A DNA stretch of 64,000 nucleotides from positions 64,001 to 128,000 of the forward strand of contig JAZDKB010000015.1 of NCBI GenBank assembly GCA_043803405.1, given 5' to 3'. The position numbers were made by a program, and so were the translations under genes. This stretch comes from Spirochaetota bacterium (lineage in GTDB: Bacteria > Spirochaetota > UBA4802 > JAFGDQ01). The notes beneath the pieces are model-generated. The model saw only the letters and a list, made by a program, of their open reading frames with translations, was not told where the DNA came from and did no database searches. Within the stretch, counting starts at the first letter, position 1. Each line of letters starts with the position of its first letter. Positions 19,551 through 29,492 of this stretch are shown piece by piece.

Positions 19551-20065
19551 TGACCGACGAAGCTGTTGCAAAGCTCGAGCAGAAATTGCTGGCAGATGCA
19601 AAAAGCGGAGGATATTTCCTGAACCCGGACGCTGGGTTTGTCCGCGAGCTTGTAGAAAGCCTGCTTATAAACGAAGAGAGATACGGATACCAGGCATGTC
19701 CGTGCCGGCTTGCCTCCGGCAAAAAAAAAGACGATCTTGATATAATATGCCCGTGCGATTACCGCGACGCGGACGTATCCGAGTTCGGAGCATGTTACTG
19801 CGCACTGTACGTTTCTCTGGCCATAAGCAAAGGAGAAATGAAAGCGCAGCCGATACCTGAAAGAAGGAGGCCTCCGAAAGAGAGGAAGCTTGTAGGGGCG
19901 GGTACTAAACCCGCATATGGTAACCAGACAGCAAAGCCCACAGGAGAGCTGCCTTTGCCCGTATGGCGCTGCAAGGTGTGCGGATATCTGTGCGCACGCG
20001 AAGCGCCGCCGGACTTATGCCCAATTTGCAAGGCAAAGAAAGAGCGATTCGAAAGATTTATGTAA
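19550..20065 (+). CDS. Ferredoxin:disulfide (FTR-like) reductase with C-terminal rubredoxin domain
   Basis: CPC, CPC, CYC motifs of the FTR catalytic subunit; WRCKVCG...CPIC rubredoxin-like site; TAATG coupling to the glutaredoxin. Confidence 0.88.
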   Translation: MTDEAVAKLEQKLLADAKSGGYFLNPDAGFVRELVESLLINEERYGYQACPCRLASGKKKDDLDIICPCDYRDADVSEFGACYCALYVSLAISKGEMKAQPIPERRRPPKERKLVGAGTKPAYGNQTAKPTGELPLPVWRCKVCGYLCAREAPPDLCPICKAKKERFERFM

Positions 20066-20070
20066 ATATT

Positions 20071-20751
20071 TTATTTCCCGCGGAAAATGTTCTCGTTTTT
20101 TACACCGCTTAAAGCGCTGTGTTTTTTAATGCTCCCGGAATCATTGTCGCCGTTAAGGTTTGTCATTATCACTTTGCCGTGTCCCTTTCCGTACGCGTCA
20201 ATAAAGTCCTCTACAGCGCCAAGTACTGTAAGCTTTCCGGAGTCTATAAAGTTTTTGTATCTTTTAACTGCAAGCTTTACCTGGTAGTCCACGTTCATTT
20301 CAGCGGCTTCCAGCCATATCTTCTCCGCATCTCCTTTCTGACCCGCAAAACCGCGCACCGGAAGGCAAAGATGATCGAGTTCTTTTATAATGTCCGACGA
20401 TTCATTCTCATAATTGCTCATCGAAGCCTTTATGGCCCCGCAATGCACGTGACCCAGAATCAGGAGCAGCGGTGTTTTCAGATGCAGAATCCCGTAATCA
20501 ACTGAACCGAGAACAGGCACAATCTGGTTGCCGATATTCCTTATAGTAAATATTTTATTGGTCGCGTCTTCACCGAAAATATCGGACTGTACGCGCGAGT
20601 CGGAACACGCCACAAGTGTTACATCAGGCGTTTGAGTGTCGCGGAACTTATCAAAATATTCCTTTTTGCGTTTGTCCGTATAGCGCTTGTTCCCTTCAAT
20701 GATTTCTTTAACTACTGCTGTAATATCAGATGCGGCTCGTTCATGGCTCAT
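20071..20751 (-). CDS. Beta-class carbonic anhydrase
   Basis: CSDSR, RNIGN, GHVHCGA. Confidence 0.9.
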   Translation of the reverse strand: MSHERAASDITAVVKEIIEGNKRYTDKRKKEYFDKFRDTQTPDVTLVACSDSRVQSDIFGEDATNKIFTIRNIGNQIVPVLGSVDYGILHLKTPLLLILGHVHCGAIKASMSNYENESSDIIKELDHLCLPVRGFAGQKGDAEKIWLEAAEMNVDYQVKLAVKRYKNFIDSGKLTVLGAVEDFIDAYGKGHGKVIMTNLNGDNDSGSIKKHSALSGVKNENIFRGK

Positions 20752-20904
20752 AAGAATTCTCCAGAATATTGTAATTTAAAAAAATAATATACCTAAATAA
20801 AATGTTTGCAAAAAAACGTATTTTTCTTAATTAAAGTAATAAGAAGAAATATTTAATCCGGCAATCAATAAAAATTAAAAAGCTAAATTTTGCAACAATA
20901 AAAT

Positions 20905-21777
20905 ATGAAAGTAAAAAGAACCATCTTCGACGCGCACGTACATATTTTTAAACCAGGCATTATTGATAATGTGGCAAACCGGCCTGAAATAGGGAAAGCC
21001 CTTAACCTTGACATGGAGCACGCGCACGAAAAGCTGGGCGTGGATACACTCGAAAATGCCATGAAGTCCGCGAATGTTGAGGCATGTCTTGCCCTGCCGA
21101 CCGCAAGTGCCGCAAAGGTTAAAAAAGAGAACGATACTTTTATTGCTATATCGGAAAATTCGGACTACATATACACTGCGTGCACCCTGCATCCGGATTA
21201 CGCCGGGAAGAAGGAAGAAATCGAACGCTTTAAAAATAAAGGCATAAAAGTGATAAAGCTGTGCTCATTCTCGCAGGGATTTGTGCTTAACGGTCAGAAA
21301 GCAATGGAAATGTTTGATCTGATCAGCAGTGAAAACATAAACAACAAAGCAGGATTTTCAGTTCTTCTGGATACGTTTTTCGATGCTGACAGATTTTTCG
21401 GAACAAAACCGATTTATAATACAAAGCCTGCGCTTTTTGCCGATCTTGTAAAAAATTTCCCGCAAATAAATTTCATTGGAGCGCACATGGCAGGCCTTCA
21501 CGCTCCGTACACTGAAGTGCGAAAACATCTGCTGCCGGCGGAAAATTTTTTTATGGATACTTCCAACGGCGCGCATACTCTTCAGGAAGCAGACTTCATT
21601 GAATGTCTTAAACTGCATGGTCCGGAACACATTATTTTCGGCACAGACTGGCCGTGGTTCGGTTATGACGGTGAAATAGAACTTGTCGAACATATGCTGG
21701 ACAGAGCCGGTTACAGTGAAATACAGAAAGATTCCGTTTTCCGGGGTAATATAGTAAAGACACTCGGAATTAAATAA
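20905..21777 (+). CDS. Amidohydrolase family 2 protein
   Basis: DAHVH, IGAHMAG, DTS, IIFGTDWPW. Confidence 0.85.
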   Translation: MKVKRTIFDAHVHIFKPGIIDNVANRPEIGKALNLDMEHAHEKLGVDTLENAMKSANVEACLALPTASAAKVKKENDTFIAISENSDYIYTACTLHPDYAGKKEEIERFKNKGIKVIKLCSFSQGFVLNGQKAMEMFDLISSENINNKAGFSVLLDTFFDADRFFGTKPIYNTKPALFADLVKNFPQINFIGAHMAGLHAPYTEVRKHLLPAENFFMDTSNGAHTLQEADFIECLKLHGPEHIIFGTDWPWFGYDGEIELVEHMLDRAGYSEIQKDSVFRGNIVKTLGIK

Positions 21778-21868
21778 TTATTTGTATTTACTTTATCTTT
21801 TATATAATTTATAATTACTTATATTCGCTTTTCATCTTTATGTGAACTTAAATCAGCGGATCAGATTG

Positions 21869-24800
21869 ATGAAAAACAAAAATAAGCCCACGCCCAAAGA
21901 AGAAAATATTTTTGAGTATATTTTTGAAAACATTCCCGATGGCGTTCTTATAACGGATATTCAAACAAAAAGTTTTAAGATGGGCAATCCTTCCATATGC
22001 CGCATGCTCGGCTACACTAAAAATGAATTTTTAAATATTGACCTGTATAAAATACATCCTAAAGAATCGATCCCGCTTATAGAAAAACTATTTAATCAGT
22101 TATTAAACGAAGAAATTGAAATAGCAAAGGACATACCTGTCTTAACTAAAGACGGGACTTTGTTATATGTAGATATTACCGCAAAACCCCTGCAATATAA
22201 CAAAAAGATTCATTTGCTGGGGATATTCAGAAACATTACTGAACGCAAAGAGGCTGAAAACAAATTTCGCCAGACTCAGGAAGTGTTAATAACAACGCTT
22301 AACGCAACCGCAGACGGAATTCTTCTTGTCGATAATCAGGATAAAATCAGTCATATAAACAGACAATTTGTCGAGATGTGGAATATACCGCAGGATATTA
22401 TTGACTCCAGGGATGACAGGCAAATGATCCGTTCTGTTCTGTATCAGCTTACTGACCCAAACGGCTTTGTAAATATATTTAAAAAATTTTACGACAACCA
22501 GTTAAAGGGTTTTGATGAAATCAGATTTAAAGACGGAAAGGTATTTGAAAGCTATACGGCTCCGGTTTTAATAGAAGGAGTTAGAATCGGCCGTGTATGG
22601 GATTACAGGGATATTACAAAAAGCAAACATGCTGAAGAAGCTCTGCAAAAAACCGCAACTGAACTTAAACTAATATTCAAAAACATGCTTAACGCTTTTG
22701 TTATATGGGAATCGGTGTTTGATAAAAATGGAAAATATATAAGCTTTCGATTCGGATTCTTTAACGAAGCATATGCGCGCATATCCAAACTGAAACTTGA
22801 AGATGTTAAAGGCAAGGATATATTTAAAGTATGGCCCGACACAGAACAAAGCTGGGTAGAGGCTTATGGAAGTGTAGCCGTAACAGGAAATCCTTATACC
22901 TTCGATATGTATCATAAAGCAACCAGAGGCTGGTATCACTGCAATGCATATCGTCCAGCCGACTCACCTTCTCAGGTCTGCGTTATCTTTGAGGATATTA
23001 CCGAGCGCAAGCTGGCAGAAGATGCGCTCAAAAAGAGTGAGACGTTACTAAGCAGTATTTTTGAAGCAAGCCCGGCAGGCATTTTGCTCCTTGTTAAAAG
23101 AGTTCCTATAAAAGTAAATCGTTCATTTTGCAGTATTACCGGTTATTCCCAGGAAGAATTATTTGGACGCACAACACGCCAACTTTATTTCAGTGATGAA
23201 GAATACAACATCGTCGGCGAAGCATATAGCGAGCGAAAGAGCAAAGGTTTATCCATGGTTGAAACGCGTTTTAGACGTAAAGACGGATCAGTAATGCACA
23301 CGCTGATAAGTCTCAGTTATATAAATCCGGATGATGAAGAAGCAGGCGATATAGCCGTATGTTTTGACATAACCGATCTTAAAAAAGCCGAGCTTGCGTT
23401 AAAAGAAAGCGAAGCAGTATTAAAAAGCCTTTTTAACGCCGCGCCTATAGGCATAGCCATTTTAAATGATCGTATGCATATTAAGGTTAACAGTTCATTA
23501 TGTAAAATTACCGGATATCCCGAATCGGAATTAGTTGGGATGAATTCCAGCGATCTCTATATCAATAATCAGGAGTATGAGAAAACCGGCGAAAAATTAT
23601 ACGGGAAGATGAAGGAAAACGGCCTTGGAATTGCAGAATCGCATTTTAAACGCAAAGACGGCACAATCATAGACGTAATTTTATGTATAAGTCCGCTTGA
23701 TATTAATAATATATCCAACGGTGTTGTCGGAACTGTTCTTGATGTTTCGGATCTTAAAAAGATAGAAGCGGAAAAATCCAGGTTAGAACAAATGCTCGTG
23801 CACTCTCAGAAAATGGAGGCAATAGGCACAATGGCAGGCGGTATAGCGCACGATTTCAACAATATCCTTGCCGGAATTTTCGGATATTCGGAATTGTCTT
23901 TAAATGTAGACGGAAATCCGCCTCAAACCGAAGAATATATACGCCAGATTATAAAAGCTTCGGAGCGGGCACGCGATCTTGTTACCAGGATACTTATATT
24001 CAGCAGGCAGACCGATCTCGCGCTTAAACCAGTTCTGCCGAAACAAATAATTGAGGAGGCAGTAAAATTTCTGCGCGCTTCAATACCTGCCATTGTGGAA
24101 CTGAAAGAAATTCTTAAAAGCAACTCAGTAATAATGGCAGAGCCCACTATGCTTCACCAGGTAATTATAAATCTCTGTAATAATGCTATTTATGCAATGA
24201 AGTCCAGGCCAGGTGTTATTGAGATCGGCCTTGATGATATGCTGGTAGACAAAGATTTTGCGCGAATGCACACAGGCATTATGCCCGGAAGGCATATTAT
24301 AATACGGGTCTCGGATACAGGAAGCGGAATAGCTCCTGAAATTCTTGGACATATATTTGAACCGTTTTTCACAACCAAACCGCAGGGAGAAGGCACAGGT
24401 CTGGGGCTTTCAGTTGCCCACGGGATCATTAAAAAACTGAGCGGGATTATAACTGTAGAGAGTGAGGTCGGGAAAGGAAGCATTTTCAGCGTTATTATAC
24501 CTGCCGCAGATGATAAAGAAATAGAAATAGACAGATCCGATTCAATTATAAAAGGCGGAACGGAAAAAATACTCCTTATAGATGACGAAGAAATAATAAT
24601 AAAGACGCTAAGTACAATACTGGGCGAGCTGGGTTACCAGGTTAAAGCTTTTACAGACTGTCTGGAAGCGCTTGATGAATATAAAAACAACTCTGCCGGT
24701 TATGATCTTATAATAACAGATTATTCTATGCCCCACATGACCGGTATTGAAATGCTAAAGGAAATAAAAGAAATAAAAAAAGATATTCCGGTTATATTAA

Positions 24801-24934
24801 CTTCCGGTTATCTTGACAAAGCAATGGAAGAGAACGCCTTAAAAGAAGGCGTCAGCTTAGTGCTTGCCAAACCGATAAGCACATTCCAGATAGCAGATGC
24901 GGTTCGTAAAGCAATGGCCGGCGGCAAACAGTAA
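21869..24934 (+). CDS. Cytoplasmic multi-PAS hybrid histidine kinase with receiver domain
   Basis: About five PAS/PAC units; AGGIAHDFNNIL; NLCNNA; FFTTKPQGEGTGLGL; receiver IDDE...TDYSMP...KP; possible alternative GTG start at 21842. Confidence 0.92.
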   Translation: MKNKNKPTPKEENIFEYIFENIPDGVLITDIQTKSFKMGNPSICRMLGYTKNEFLNIDLYKIHPKESIPLIEKLFNQLLNEEIEIAKDIPVLTKDGTLLYVDITAKPLQYNKKIHLLGIFRNITERKEAENKFRQTQEVLITTLNATADGILLVDNQDKISHINRQFVEMWNIPQDIIDSRDDRQMIRSVLYQLTDPNGFVNIFKKFYDNQLKGFDEIRFKDGKVFESYTAPVLIEGVRIGRVWDYRDITKSKHAEEALQKTATELKLIFKNMLNAFVIWESVFDKNGKYISFRFGFFNEAYARISKLKLEDVKGKDIFKVWPDTEQSWVEAYGSVAVTGNPYTFDMYHKATRGWYHCNAYRPADSPSQVCVIFEDITERKLAEDALKKSETLLSSIFEASPAGILLLVKRVPIKVNRSFCSITGYSQEELFGRTTRQLYFSDEEYNIVGEAYSERKSKGLSMVETRFRRKDGSVMHTLISLSYINPDDEEAGDIAVCFDITDLKKAELALKESEAVLKSLFNAAPIGIAILNDRMHIKVNSSLCKITGYPESELVGMNSSDLYINNQEYEKTGEKLYGKMKENGLGIAESHFKRKDGTIIDVILCISPLDINNISNGVVGTVLDVSDLKKIEAEKSRLEQMLVHSQKMEAIGTMAGGIAHDFNNILAGIFGYSELSLNVDGNPPQTEEYIRQIIKASERARDLVTRILIFSRQTDLALKPVLPKQIIEEAVKFLRASIPAIVELKEILKSNSVIMAEPTMLHQVIINLCNNAIYAMKSRPGVIEIGLDDMLVDKDFARMHTGIMPGRHIIIRVSDTGSGIAPEILGHIFEPFFTTKPQGEGTGLGLSVAHGIIKKLSGIITVESEVGKGSIFSVIIPAADDKEIEIDRSDSIIKGGTEKILLIDDEEIIIKTLSTILGELGYQVKAFTDCLEALDEYKNNSAGYDLIITDYSMPHMTGIEMLKEIKEIKKDIPVILTSGYLDKAMEENALKEGVSLVLAKPISTFQIADAVRKAMAGGKQ

Positions 24935-24951
24935 TTTAAAAAATTATTATT

Positions 24952-25218
24952 ATGAAAAAGCTAAAAGACAAAACCGATTTACAAAGTATCCCGGGCATAG
25001 GGCCAAGTATGAAAAAAGATCTTGTTGATCTCGGAATAGACCTTGTACCTGACCTGAAAGGGAAAAATCCGGAAAAATTATATAATGATCTGTGTAAAAT
25101 AAGAAATACACATATAGACAGATGCGTTTTGTATGTTTTCAGATGCGCTGTTTATTATGCTGAAAATGAAATACGCGATCCAGAACTCATAAAATGGTGG
25201 AACTGGAAAGACAGATAA
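24952..25218 (+). CDS. Helix-hairpin-helix protein, Cdd1 (pathogenicity locus)-like family
   Basis: IPGIGPSM, PEKLYNDLC, DRCVLYVFRCAVYYA, KWWNWKD. Confidence 0.8.
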   Translation: MKKLKDKTDLQSIPGIGPSMKKDLVDLGIDLVPDLKGKNPEKLYNDLCKIRNTHIDRCVLYVFRCAVYYAENEIRDPELIKWWNWKDR

Positions 25219-25230
25219 AATAAAAACAGG

Positions 25231-25608
25231 TTATTTTATTACATTCGCTTTTATTTTAAAAACGACTTTTTCCTTATCAGGGATATTCGTATAAATATAT
25301 ATTGATTTTGTTACCTGACCTTCATCGTTACCGGAATTAAAAGATATCTCAAGAATTCCGTCTTCGCCGGGAGATATTTTATCCTTATTTGTTTTTGTTT
25401 CGGTGCATCCGCAGCTTGTTCTGATTTTTTTTATAATAAGATCCGAATCTCCATTATTTTTAAATGTAATCGATTCCTTAACAATTGTATTCTGCTTAAT
25501 TGTCCCAAAGTCATGTACGGTTTTAATGAAATCAATAGACGGATTCCCGAATAATGAATTATTAACCATTAAACAGCACAATAAAATTAAAAAAAACATC
25601 CTTTTCAT
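25231..25608 (-). CDS. DUF1573 domain exported protein
   Basis: Signal peptide; HDFGTI, FKNNGDSDLII, SCGCT, ISPGE. Confidence 0.85.
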   Translation of the reverse strand: MKRMFFLILLCCLMVNNSLFGNPSIDFIKTVHDFGTIKQNTIVKESITFKNNGDSDLIIKKIRTSCGCTETKTNKDKISPGEDGILEISFNSGNDEGQVTKSIYIYTNIPDKEKVVFKIKANVIK

Positions 25609-25628
25609 TTTTATTCCTCGAATTACGG

Positions 25629-26312
25629 TTACTTTACAAATGTAATGTTTTTACTTCCCCCGCAGCTTGAGCACGAACATGAAAGGCTACCGCTTTCCGC
25701 TTTTTCAAATGCTTCCCTGCCCTCCCTGAACGCGAAATAAGCAATGCCAAGCGCTCCGGCAAGATCAACATAACCTATGCGAAAGACTTCGTATAGTATG
25801 CTTGAAACAAGAAGTATAAACGATAAATAAAAGCATGTCTTAGTGCAATTCGCGTCAGCAATGATCGGTTTGGAATCGAGAGCTTTGCCAACACGCATTT
25901 TATAAGAATACAAAAACCACATGCTTATTATTGAAACTGCGGAAACAATAATGCCAGCTATCGTTGTTTCCGGTTTTGTATCAAAAACAATATTAAGAAC
26001 AGCAGTTACGATCAATCCCGCGGTTAACAGATAGAACGCGAATCCTGTGATCCGCAGCGCCCGCCTTTCGAATACATCTATGGCAGTAATATCGGAAGTA
26101 CGCATCCTGCGGAGCATGTGCCATACACCTGCACCGGAAATAACCTCGACAAAGCTGTCCACGCCGAAACCAAAGAGCGCAACAGTATCATACGAAAAAC
26201 CGAAAATAGTTGAAACAAGGCCTTCTGCAATGTTATAAACGATCGTTATTATGCTGAGAATATATGCTATTTTTAAATATCTTTCCCTGTTATTATCCAT
26301 AATTGTTATCAT
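25629..26312 (-). CDS. Cation efflux (CDF-like) membrane protein
   Basis: YNIAEG, ALFGFGVDSFVE, ADANCT; Cys-rich tail SCSCSSC. Confidence 0.8.
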   Translation of the reverse strand: MITIMDNNRERYLKIAYILSIITIVYNIAEGLVSTIFGFSYDTVALFGFGVDSFVEVISGAGVWHMLRRMRTSDITAIDVFERRALRITGFAFYLLTAGLIVTAVLNIVFDTKPETTIAGIIVSAVSIISMWFLYSYKMRVGKALDSKPIIADANCTKTCFYLSFILLVSSILYEVFRIGYVDLAGALGIAYFAFREGREAFEKAESGSLSCSCSSCGGSKNITFVK

Positions 26313-26508
26313 ATTTGTTTAAATATAAAATATTTATATTAGAAGTCAATGGAATTTATATTAAATATTTGAATTAAAGTTGACTTATTTCCGGATTAAT
26401 TGAACTATAAATTTATAGCAGGTCTTTTCTCTTTACTATTTTATTTAGAACATTAATATTATTCTGTAAGAATTATAAAGCCCATATTGAAAACAAACAG
26501 GAATTCCA

Positions 26509-26883
26509 ATGAAATATAACGGAGAAATTGAGTTTTACATTGAAGAAGTAAACGAACAGCGTGTAATCAGCAGAATGCCTGTAAAATCCGGAATGCTTAA
26601 TCCTTTCGGTACTGTCCATGCCGGCGCAATTATCTGGCTGGCGGATGTAACGGCAACTGTTTTGGCGCTTGGAACGGAAACGATTCCCGAAAACGGCAAA
26701 GGATTCCCCCTTGCCGTAAATCTTTATACAAGTTTACTCGGCAATCAGCAAAGCGGCGAAATAAAAGCCGAAGCCGGCTTTGTCCGCAAAGGAAAACAGG
26801 TCTTAGTGGTGCGTACAAAGGTCACAGGAAATAATGATAAACTGCTGGCGGAAATAACGACAACGCATATTCCTGCAATCTAA
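26509..26883 (+). CDS. PaaI family hotdog thioesterase
   Basis: LNPFGTVHAGAIIWLAD. Confidence 0.88.
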   Translation: MKYNGEIEFYIEEVNEQRVISRMPVKSGMLNPFGTVHAGAIIWLADVTATVLALGTETIPENGKGFPLAVNLYTSLLGNQQSGEIKAEAGFVRKGKQVLVVRTKVTGNNDKLLAEITTTHIPAI

Positions 26884-26940
26884 GCATTTTAATGAAATAA
26901 TATTATTATCTAAAAATATAGTAATAATCAGGAAAATATT

Positions 26941-27594
26941 ATGGCAGATTATAAGATCGTTCAAAAGCTGGATGAAAAATTAATTGCTGATGGGATTATA
27001 GATGCCGCATATAAAGATGATTACCGCAAGGTTCATTCAAGACTGAATGCTCATTATAAGAAAAGCGGAGCAGTTTTGCCTGCAGAAATGTTCGATAAAA
27101 ACGAAACAAGACTGCGCAAATGGCTCGGAGAATTATATAAAAAAGGCGCATCACAGGAAAGGCTGACCTGCTACCTGCGATGCGGGCTGGCTCATCTCTC
27201 CTTTGATTTTATCGAATCTTCCTACAAGTCAATCGGCAATGACGACCTTGTTACACGGGCATTGCTGTCTTTTAAAAGCCGCGAATTTCATAAAACCTAT
27301 TACAAAGCTACCGATACTGCAATTCTGGTTAAGAAAAAACGGACAATAAAAATAAAAAGCGCCAGGAAAATTAAAAGTAAAAAGACAAAGGACAAACCGA
27401 AAAAAAAGATTACTGCTGTAAAAAAGGTTTTATCAGCTAAAGCAAAACCCAAAAAGAAAGTAAAAAAGCCAGTCAAAAAAACAACACGCAATAAACGGGT
27501 AACTGTGACAAAAAAATCCGCCACTAAAAAAAATACAAAATCCAAATCCTCAACTAAAAAAAAGCACATATTAAAAATTAAATTATTCAGATAA
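26941..27594 (+). CDS. Hypothetical protein with Lys-rich, histone H1-like C-terminal tail
   Basis: Helical N-domain of about 125 aa, then about 90 aa dominated by K/T/A/V/P/S. Confidence 0.65.
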   Translation: MADYKIVQKLDEKLIADGIIDAAYKDDYRKVHSRLNAHYKKSGAVLPAEMFDKNETRLRKWLGELYKKGASQERLTCYLRCGLAHLSFDFIESSYKSIGNDDLVTRALLSFKSREFHKTYYKATDTAILVKKKRTIKIKSARKIKSKKTKDKPKKKITAVKKVLSAKAKPKKKVKKPVKKTTRNKRVTVTKKSATKKNTKSKSSTKKKHILKIKLFR

Positions 27595-27607
27595 ACAGGG
27601 GGCGGTC

Positions 27608-27991
27608 ATGTCGGTCAAAACACTGCAGGGAATTACAGGAGCATTCTTTATTATCCTCGGATTAATGGGAATTTTACCGGGTGTGGATGAAGGCATTTTC
27701 TCTCTTAATAACAGAAGATTATTTATTGAGGTCATTTTTGGCATTGTTGAACTCTTTTGCGGTTTCATTATGATATATGGGCTGTTTTCTCACATACAAA
27801 AGCACACATTGCATAAAGCAAGCATGGTGGTTTTGATCTTCTGGCTCGTAAGAATTATTCTGTCAGTTTTCATCTGGGGAATGCCCTCCGTCATTACTGC
27901 CGATTCCGGGCTGAACTGGCTGCTGCTTATAAGCGTTGAATTGATTGTCGCATCTGCTATCTGGCTGTTGGCAGTAACTTACAAAAGATAA
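27608..27991 (+). CDS. Small membrane protein (about 4 TM segments)
   Basis: Four hydrophobic segments; G-rich RBS-like sequence before the ATG. Confidence 0.65.
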   Translation: MSVKTLQGITGAFFIILGLMGILPGVDEGIFSLNNRRLFIEVIFGIVELFCGFIMIYGLFSHIQKHTLHKASMVVLIFWLVRIILSVFIWGMPSVITADSGLNWLLLISVELIVASAIWLLAVTYKR

Positions 27992-28285
27992 CCAGTTTAA
28001 GAATTAGATTTATTTAAATTCAATACGATGAACGACATTTTATAAAATACAGATAAGCTTACTTTACAAAATACTATATTTATCAATTACAAGACAAAAC
28101 CCTAACATTGTATTAAATATTATTGACACAATTGCATTATTCTTTTTAATTTAAAACAATAAAAATCGGGCGTATTTTATTGACTATAATCTTTAAAATT
28201 ATTATGTTTATGAGGGAAATTATATTTTATTTTCAGCTACTCAATTCCTGACATTCACACAGATATAAAAGAATAGGAGGATAAT

Positions 28286-29017
28286 ATGAAAATAATATCG
28301 GTTTTCATTGCTCTTTTAATATCGCTGATTTTTACCGGCCAGAATTTATATGCTAAAATTGTTGTTGAAGCCACAAAAGGCGAAGCTGCATACAAGCAGG
28401 GAAATCAGTGGCTTCCTTTAACAAAAGGGCAACCGCTTGAGGAAGGAGCCAAAATAAGCACAGGCGCAAAATCATGGGTTCTGTTGAATATTGACGGCGA
28501 CAGCGTAAAAGTAAATCAATTAACAATGATGAAAATATTCAGAAACAGGCTGTCCGCAGGTACAAAGGACACCAATATAGGTTTAAAACACGGCAGCTTA
28601 AAAGCAAGAATCGGAAAGATAGGTACATTAAAAACAAATTTTAAAATTACAACTCCGGTTGCTACTTCCAGCGTCCGCGGAACTGAAGAATTCAACAAGA
28701 ATGGCGCAAAATCCGGTAACTTCGTGCATGCTCCGGCAGGTACGCTTACGGTTGAAGACAGGAACGGGGGTTCTTACTCTCTCACTGGCAACTCGGCGTT
28801 CAACATAGGCCCGAATGACCCCAGGCCGCAAAATCTTCTCTTTAATTTATCCGGCAGATCGCTTATCCGTTTAATCAATCCAAACTCAACCGATACTGAA
28901 AAAGGATCGGCGGAATTTTCGGGTTTTGACGCATTTACAGGTAATGATAATCCTGTGGGATCAACACAACGAAACAGCGCAGGCCCTTCATCTGTTAACT
29001 TGCAAATTGAATGGTAA
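28286..29017 (+). CDS. Exported FecR-domain protein (LipL45-like)
   Basis: Signal peptide; ISTGAKSWVLL, LKHGSLKA, FKITTPVATSSVRGT; AGGAGG RBS. Confidence 0.8.
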   Translation: MKIISVFIALLISLIFTGQNLYAKIVVEATKGEAAYKQGNQWLPLTKGQPLEEGAKISTGAKSWVLLNIDGDSVKVNQLTMMKIFRNRLSAGTKDTNIGLKHGSLKARIGKIGTLKTNFKITTPVATSSVRGTEEFNKNGAKSGNFVHAPAGTLTVEDRNGGSYSLTGNSAFNIGPNDPRPQNLLFNLSGRSLIRLINPNSTDTEKGSAEFSGFDAFTGNDNPVGSTQRNSAGPSSVNLQIEW

Positions 29018-29030
29018 AGGGAGCTTATTA

Positions 29031-29492
29031 ATGAAAAAAATTTTACTTTATATAATATCAGCCTGTATTCTTACCTCCTCTCAGTTGTCGGCTCAAAATT
29101 TACAGAGCATTGAATTTATTAACAATGTTGCAGATAAAGACAAGGCTCTATATGCAGATGGCATCAATTTCTTCATGCTTGTCACAGGTAAAAAGATACA
29201 ATCCTTTGAGGAAAATATAAGAGTTCTGAACCGTGAAGGCATAACAACAGGAATAACCTTAACAAAAAATTCCCCGCTAAGAAGAGGCGCTCTTGCGCTT
29301 ATGCTTGCCAGGTACCTGCGTCTTGGGGATTCGTTATTTTATAAAATATTCGGAACAGAGAGATATGCCTACAGAGCGTGCGCTGCAAATAAATTAATGA
29401 GCTACGATGGAAGCGAATGGGAGACATTAAGCGGCGGAGAGCTGATTGAAATAATGACCAATGTTTCCGAACTGACCGGAGGTAATGAGTGA
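29031..29492 (+). CDS. Small exported protein (possible SLH-like helical domain)
   Basis: ATG 29031 after GGGAG; signal peptide; PLRRGALALMLAR and LSGGELIEI resemble SLH-like segments. Confidence 0.6.
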   Translation: MKKILLYIISACILTSSQLSAQNLQSIEFINNVADKDKALYADGINFFMLVTGKKIQSFEENIRVLNREGITTGITLTKNSPLRRGALALMLARYLRLGDSLFYKIFGTERYAYRACAANKLMSYDGSEWETLSGGELIEIMTNVSELTGGNE

